From: a virus
Virus record (IMG/VR): IMGVR_UViG_3300009163_000019
DNA: 64,000 nt
Strand: one strand, 5' to 3'
The notes under the pieces are model-generated. The model had not been told where the DNA came from. It ran no database searches and worked only from the letters and a program-made list of their open reading frames with translations. Positions 59,175-64,000 of this stretch are shown here, in pieces. Numbering within the stretch: position 1 is the stretch's first letter; every line of letters begins with the position of its first letter. The position numbers and the translations under genes were made by a program.

Positions 59175-60500
59175 ATGGCAACTTGGAAAAAAGTCGTAGT
59201 TTCTGGCAGTAGTGCCGAACTAGCTGCTTTAAAAGTAGATAATCTAACATCAGGACAGGTAGTAATTGGTGGTGGATCCGCAGGTAACTTGTCTACAACA
59301 GCTATAAATGGTACAGGAAATATAGTAGCAACAACTGGAGCTACTAATTTAGTCCATTCTGGTTCATTTAGTGGATCTTTTAAAGGAGACGGTTCTGCAT
59401 TAAGTGGAGTTGCCGCTAGTTTTCCTGTAATTGAAAAAACCAACATAGTAACTGCTGATAAATTCTTCATTCAGAATAGTGTAGGAGCTTCAAGTGAATT
59501 TATTACTTATGGTAACTTATTAACTGATTTAGCTGGTACTAATTTAGTAACTGAATCTAATGATAGTTTAACTTTAGCATCTACTATTACTGGTCTTACC
59601 TCGGTAAGTGCTACTGGCTTTACTGGTAGCTTTACTGGTTCTCTTATTGGAGCTTTAACAGGTACTGCATCTTTTGCAAATAATGCAACAAGTGCTTCGT
59701 TTGCCTCTCAAGCAGCTAATGCAACTACAGCATCATATGTTGTAACTGCTCAAACAGCTTCTTTTGTCACAACTGCCCAAACTGCTTCGTTTATCACATC
59801 CTCTAATGTATTTGGTCCTAATGGTGCTAATACAATATTGAGTTCATCATTTGCTTTAACAGCATCATTTGCTCAAAATGGAGGCACTGTTGCTAATGCC
59901 TTAACATTTGGATCTGGTTTATCAGGTAGCTCTGCAACATTTAACGGCGGAACTGCAGTTACAGTATCTGTATCTGGAGCGGTTTCTTTAACTACTAATA
60001 ATCTCCCTAAATGGACGGGTACTGGATTTGCAAATAGTAATATCTCAGATACAGGTACCGCAATTTCTGTTAGCTCAAATATTCCTGTAACAGTCAATAG
60101 TAATTTAACAGTAACAGGTGACTTAACAGTTGCTGGTACTGCTAGCTTTCAAAATACACAAAATTTATTAATTGGCGATAGATTTGCTGCACTTGCTTCT
60201 GGATCTACAACATTAACTGACGGCGGTATTATTGTTGTATCTTCAACTACAGCTAATGGAATGTCAGGTTCTGCATTCTTTCTAGAGTCACTTTCATCAG
60301 GATTATATGGTCGTTGGGCAGTAGCTGCTAATGTAAATGTTTCATCATCAACAGTATCAGCCGATGAATATGCAGTAACAGCAAAAATATCACAGGCATC
60401 AAATCCAGTAGATGCAACACCTCCAACATGGGGTAGTTCAACAAATGGTATGGGTAATATGTGGATTACAAATGCTGGTGACATTTATATTTATTCGTAA
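59175..60500 (+). CDS. Fibre-like structural protein
   Basis: Ser/Gly/Thr/Ala-rich with TASFA repeats and NLTVTGDLTVAGT; late motif upstream. Confidence 0.7.
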   Translation: MATWKKVVVSGSSAELAALKVDNLTSGQVVIGGGSAGNLSTTAINGTGNIVATTGATNLVHSGSFSGSFKGDGSALSGVAASFPVIEKTNIVTADKFFIQNSVGASSEFITYGNLLTDLAGTNLVTESNDSLTLASTITGLTSVSATGFTGSFTGSLIGALTGTASFANNATSASFASQAANATTASYVVTAQTASFVTTAQTASFITSSNVFGPNGANTILSSSFALTASFAQNGGTVANALTFGSGLSGSSATFNGGTAVTVSVSGAVSLTTNNLPKWTGTGFANSNISDTGTAISVSSNIPVTVNSNLTVTGDLTVAGTASFQNTQNLLIGDRFAALASGSTTLTDGGIIVVSSTTANGMSGSAFFLESLSSGLYGRWAVAANVNVSSSTVSADEYAVTAKISQASNPVDATPPTWGSSTNGMGNMWITNAGDIYIYS

Positions 60501-60523
60501 TAAAATATATAAAATAAATAGTT

Positions 60524-60730
60524 GTGGCATTTTATTCTAATCAAGTTTTATCAACAGAATTGACTAATACGCCTCAAAAATTTGTTGATGAAACAGATGA
60601 ACTTAATAAGTTAGAATTAGAATATATGTTGGAGCTATTAAAAAATGCAGATTTAAAAGGATATCAAATTGAAATGTTTTATAATCTAGCATTTAAACTG
60701 CAAAATCAATATTTAAAAAAAAATAAATAA
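60524..60730 (+). CDS. Small hypothetical protein
   Basis: GTG start with A-rich upstream sequence; helical. Confidence 0.6.
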   Translation: MAFYSNQVLSTELTNTPQKFVDETDELNKLELEYMLELLKNADLKGYQIEMFYNLAFKLQNQYLKKNK

Positions 60731-60738
60731 TAATCGTT

Positions 60739-60957
60739 ATGGACATTTTTTCAATCGACGTAACTCCTCAAGAGATTGCGTTCATTCGTCAATCTTTAGA
60801 CTTAGTACAAATTTCAGGTAAAGACGCTAAATTCTTAGCAAATCTACAAGTAAAATTAGAGAACGAGTACTCTCAGATCCAAGCAATGAAAGCAGAAGAA
60901 GAAGCAAAGAAACAAGCAGAGCTTCAAGCTATTAAGACTAAGGAAAAAAAGTCTTAA
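60739..60957 (+). CDS. Small hypothetical protein (possible fibre chaperone)
   Basis: IRQSLD.VQISGKDAKFLANLQVKLE. Confidence 0.6.
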   Translation: MDIFSIDVTPQEIAFIRQSLDLVQISGKDAKFLANLQVKLENEYSQIQAMKAEEEAKKQAELQAIKTKEKKS

Positions 60958-60985
60958 AAAATCGTATATTTATAGGAGAAGCAAC

Positions 60986-61047
60986 TCTGTTGGCCCTCAC
61001 GGGAAGTAGGCATATACATGGCATAAATGTATGTATCTAACCACAGA
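60986..61047 (+). ncRNA. Candidate three-way-junction cis-regulatory RNA in the 5' leader of a fibre gene
   Basis: Three nested complementary stems found by eye (see findings). Confidence 0.45.
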
Positions 61048-61064
61048 ATAAATTATAAAATAAC

Positions 61065-61634
61065 ATGCCAAATTGGAGAAAAGTTGTCGTATCTGGCTCA
61101 GATGCGAGTTTAAATTCATTATATGTACTAACTAGTGTAACTGCTAGTGTATTCTCAGGTTCACATACAGGTTCTTTATTTGGAACTGCGAGTTGGGCTC
61201 AAAATGCTGTAACAGCATCATACATTTTAAACGCGGTAAGTTCATCATTTGCAACTAGAGCTATATCTGCATCTTATGCAGATGACTTTACAGTAAGAAA
61301 CTTATTAAACGTTGATTCTGCGTCATTAGATTATCAACAAAATTTAGCTGTAGCAACAGGATCATTTCAAACAATAGTTAGTGTAGCTACAGGTTCTTAT
61401 AGATGTGCTTTCTTCGATTATGTAACATTTAGTAGTTCAATAGTCAGAGCAGGAACCGTCGTTTCAACTTGGAGTGGTTCAGCAACAGAATATTATGAAA
61501 ACTTTACAGCTGATTTGGGTGGTAGCACATCTATTGTTATATTACAAACAGCAATAAGTGCAAGCAATATAGTATTACAAGCAGGAATTTCAGGTTCCGC
61601 TTGGTCAGTTCGTTCATTAGTAAGATTATTATAA
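61065..61634 (+). CDS. Short fibre-like structural protein
   Basis: N-terminus paralogous to 59175 (W.KVVVSGS.A.L..L); C-terminal AFFDY...RAGTV...W. Confidence 0.7.
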   Translation: MPNWRKVVVSGSDASLNSLYVLTSVTASVFSGSHTGSLFGTASWAQNAVTASYILNAVSSSFATRAISASYADDFTVRNLLNVDSASLDYQQNLAVATGSFQTIVSVATGSYRCAFFDYVTFSSSIVRAGTVVSTWSGSATEYYENFTADLGGSTSIVILQTAISASNIVLQAGISGSAWSVRSLVRLL

Positions 61635-61635
61635 T

Positions 61636-62337
61636 ATGGCATTTTTTAGAGGCCCAAATATGGTTACAAATGGTTTAGTATTAGCACTAGATGCTGCCAA
61701 TACAAAAAGCTATCCGGGCAGTGGAACTGTATGGAGAGATTTAAGTGGAAGTAATATTAGTGGATCATTAATTAATGGACCAACATTTAGTAATACAAAT
61801 AACGGTGTTATTGTATTTGATGGAACTAATGATTATGTAGATATTAACAATACTTATACTTTTACCTCAAGTTCAAATTTTTCAGTTCAATTATGGGTTT
61901 ATTTTTTAAATCATTCTGATAGACCTACTGCTGCTGCTGATATATTTGGAAAGGGACACTTCTATGCTAATACATGGGACATATGGTTGTATAATACACA
62001 TCAGATATCTTTTGAAACAAGAGGAAATACTACAGGTATAACTGATAATTTAGATACTAGTGCATTAGCAATAAATACTTGGCATAACTTTGCTGCTACT
62101 TATAATAATACAGCTAAAAGCATTTATGTAAATGGTAATAGAGTAGGTACTTCAACTTATCCCGGTCCGGGGGACTTTACTAATGGTTTTAATGTATATA
62201 TTGGATCAAGACAAGGAGATCTTTCTAGAAGTTTAAGAGGTCGTGTTGCAATGACTTGTCTTTATAATCGATCTCTCACTGCATCAGAAGTCCTACAAAA
62301 TTATAATGCAACAAAATCACGCTTCAATCTAACATAA
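61636..62337 (+). CDS. LamG/concanavalin A-like lectin-fold virion protein
   Basis: GLVLALDAAN..SYPGSG..W.DLSG, FDGTNDYV, WHNFAATY, YNRSLT..EV.QNYNA. Confidence 0.88.
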   Translation: MAFFRGPNMVTNGLVLALDAANTKSYPGSGTVWRDLSGSNISGSLINGPTFSNTNNGVIVFDGTNDYVDINNTYTFTSSSNFSVQLWVYFLNHSDRPTAAADIFGKGHFYANTWDIWLYNTHQISFETRGNTTGITDNLDTSALAINTWHNFAATYNNTAKSIYVNGNRVGTSTYPGPGDFTNGFNVYIGSRQGDLSRSLRGRVAMTCLYNRSLTASEVLQNYNATKSRFNLT

Positions 62338-62338
62338 T

Positions 62339-63049
62339 ATGGCATCATTAGGTGGACCAAATATAATAACAAATGGATTAGTGTTAGCGCTAGATGCTGC
62401 TAATACTAAAAGTTATCCTGGTAGTGGAACTACTTGGGGGGATTTAAGTGGTAATAATAATAGTGGTAGTTTAATTAATGGTCCTACATTTAGTAGTTCA
62501 AATAGTGGTATTTTAACATTTAATGGAACTAATCAATACATATCAACTCCTATACAAAACTTAAGTAGACCATGTACATTTTCAACATGGGTAAATTTTA
62601 ATAATCTAACCGGATATCAAACACTTGTAGGTCAGGATACTTCAACAGCAATAGCAAGAGGCCGGTTTTATTTTCAAAAAGCAGGTGGTACTACGGAAGG
62701 GTTAATATTAAATGTAGTAAATTTTTCTATGGTTTTAAGTAATAATACAGTAGTGGTAGTAAATGCATTAAACCCAGTAGTAACTAATCAATGGTATAAC
62801 TATAGTGTAGTATTAACTACTACAAGTTTAAGTTTATATGAAAATGGAATATTACAAAATACTGTAAGTGATAGTAACACTTTTTTAACGCCAAACACAA
62901 CAATTACACTAAATGCAGGATATTATGCAGATGTTATCGTAGATTTTGTAAATGGTAAATCGTCTTCATTTTTAATATATAATAGAGCGCTCTTAACAAC
63001 AGAAATCTCTCAAAACTACAACGCAACAAAAGCACGTTTTGGTCTATAA
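62339..63049 (+). CDS. LamG/concanavalin A-like lectin-fold virion protein (paralog)
   Basis: Same framework as 61636..62337. Confidence 0.88.
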   Translation: MASLGGPNIITNGLVLALDAANTKSYPGSGTTWGDLSGNNNSGSLINGPTFSSSNSGILTFNGTNQYISTPIQNLSRPCTFSTWVNFNNLTGYQTLVGQDTSTAIARGRFYFQKAGGTTEGLILNVVNFSMVLSNNTVVVVNALNPVVTNQWYNYSVVLTTTSLSLYENGILQNTVSDSNTFLTPNTTITLNAGYYADVIVDFVNGKSSSFLIYNRALLTTEISQNYNATKARFGL

Positions 63050-63111
63050 TTAAACCCTTATTTGTTATATTTATATATGTCCCTTTGGAATATGAAAAAA
63101 GGATAAAATAA

Positions 63112-64000
63112 ATGGCAAACGAATTTAAAGTAAAAAAAGGCCTAGTCGTAAATGGATCAGGCTCAGTAATATTAGATATACAAGGATCACAAGGTCAATT
63201 ATTTTCAGTAACAGACCAACTATCCGGATCCTTATTTTCAGTAAACGATATCTCAGGTATTCCTATATTAGCGGTATCATCAGATGATTCTGTTAGATTA
63301 GGTACATTTAGTAGAGAAGCCATTAAAGTATCCGGTTCTAATGCAGTTATCACAGGTTCATTTACCGGTTCATTAAGCGGTTCATTGTTTGGCACTGCAT
63401 CGTGGGCTAACAATGCATTAACAGCATCTTTTTTTGGAGGAAGCGTAACTAGTGCTTCATATGCCTCTAGTTCTACAAGTGCTTCGTTTGCCTCTACAGC
63501 ATCTTTAGCATTAAATTTTATTACTAGTTCTGTAACATCTGCAAGTTTTGCTACAACTGCAAGTTCAGCAGATTCATTTAATGTCAGAACAAGTTTAACT
63601 GCCTCTAATTTACTAGTAAGTGGAACAATAACTGCTCAAACACTATTAGTACAAACTATTACTTCTTCTGTTGAATTTATTACTGGGTCAAGTAAATTTG
63701 GTAGTTTATTAACAGATACACATCAATTTACAGGGTCTGTTTCTATAAGTAGTAGTTTAAATATAACCGGACAATTAACAGCAACAGGAATTACTGGCTC
63801 TCATTTTGGAACAAGTTCTTGGGCAATTAATGCTGCCACTGCATCTTATTTTTTAACTAGTTCTGTAACTAATGCAACTAGTGCTAGTTATGCAGCTACT
63901 TCAAGTTGGGCATTAAATTTTTTAACATCTTCTGTAACTAGTGCCTCTCTAGCAGCAACAGCATCCTATTTTCTAACTAGTTCAGTAACTAATGCAACTA
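63112..64000 (+). CDS. Fibre-like structural protein, 3'-truncated by the window (not in the ORF track)
   Basis: ATG at 63112: MANEFKVKKGLVVNGSGS...GSQGQLFSVTD..SGSLFSVNDISG.P; TASY/TSAS repeats; open to the window end. Confidence 0.8.
   Translation, partial: MANEFKVKKGLVVNGSGSVILDIQGSQGQLFSVTDQLSGSLFSVNDISGIPILAVSSDDSVRLGTFSREAIKVSGSNAVITGSFTGSLSGSLFGTASWANNALTASFFGGSVTSASYASSSTSASFASTASLALNFITSSVTSASFATTASSADSFNVRTSLTASNLLVSGTITAQTLLVQTITSSVEFITGSSKFGSLLTDTHQFTGSVSISSSLNITGQLTATGITGSHFGTSSWAINAATASYFLTSSVTNATSASYAATSSWALNFLTSSVTSASLAATASYFLTSSVTNAT

Noticed and set aside
7454-63413. Short overlapping ORFs in the track (e.g. 7454, 11222, 13891, 17063, 27013, 28754, 31811, 37392, 45090, 52777, 59153, 63195)
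   Set aside because: They are antisense or off-frame shadows of longer genes that have recognisable motifs.
1-64000. Alternative genetic code (stop-codon recoding)
   Set aside because: Core genes are full-length in the standard code, and TAA, TAG and TGA are all used as apparent stops.
1-64000. tRNA or rRNA genes
   Set aside because: No cloverleaf with T-loop/D-loop signatures was seen in the few intergenic gaps; tRNAscan-SE would confirm.

Overview
A 64 kb, AT-rich, gene-dense piece of a large T4-like (contractile-tailed, gp23-type capsid) phage genome. The host is probably Bacteroidota: there are no Shine-Dalgarno sites, start contexts are A-rich, and the envelope protein carries D-S/T-hydrophobic sequons. 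Two gene blocks diverge near 31.25 kb. The leftward block (31.0 to 0.78 kb) carries small early genes, an HD hydrolase and a gp55-like sigma factor. It continues with baseplate genes (gp5-, gp25-, gp6-, gp7-like), a 1321-aa mucin-like Pro/Thr/Ser protein, five glycan-building enzymes, a GIY-YIG-like nuclease and a small holin. The rightward block carries primase, an exonuclease and about 20 probable capsid-internal proteins. It continues with TerL, portal, prohead protease, scaffold, major capsid protein, PhoH, neck proteins and fibre/LamG genes. The best candidate for a new system is a phage mucin O-glycosylation cassette: two GT60-like polypeptide GlcNAc transferases, another glycosyltransferase, a carbamoyltransferase and a methyltransferase/glycosyltransferase fusion, next to their likely mucin-like substrate. 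The cassette appears to have been inserted into a baseplate gene and split it. Other observations are two strand-consistent promoter-like motifs (one is the reverse complement of the T4 late promoter), a scaffold-like LAGI/LxE signature on many head-cargo proteins, and several structured 5' leaders. All calls come from motif reading by eye; no database searches were run.
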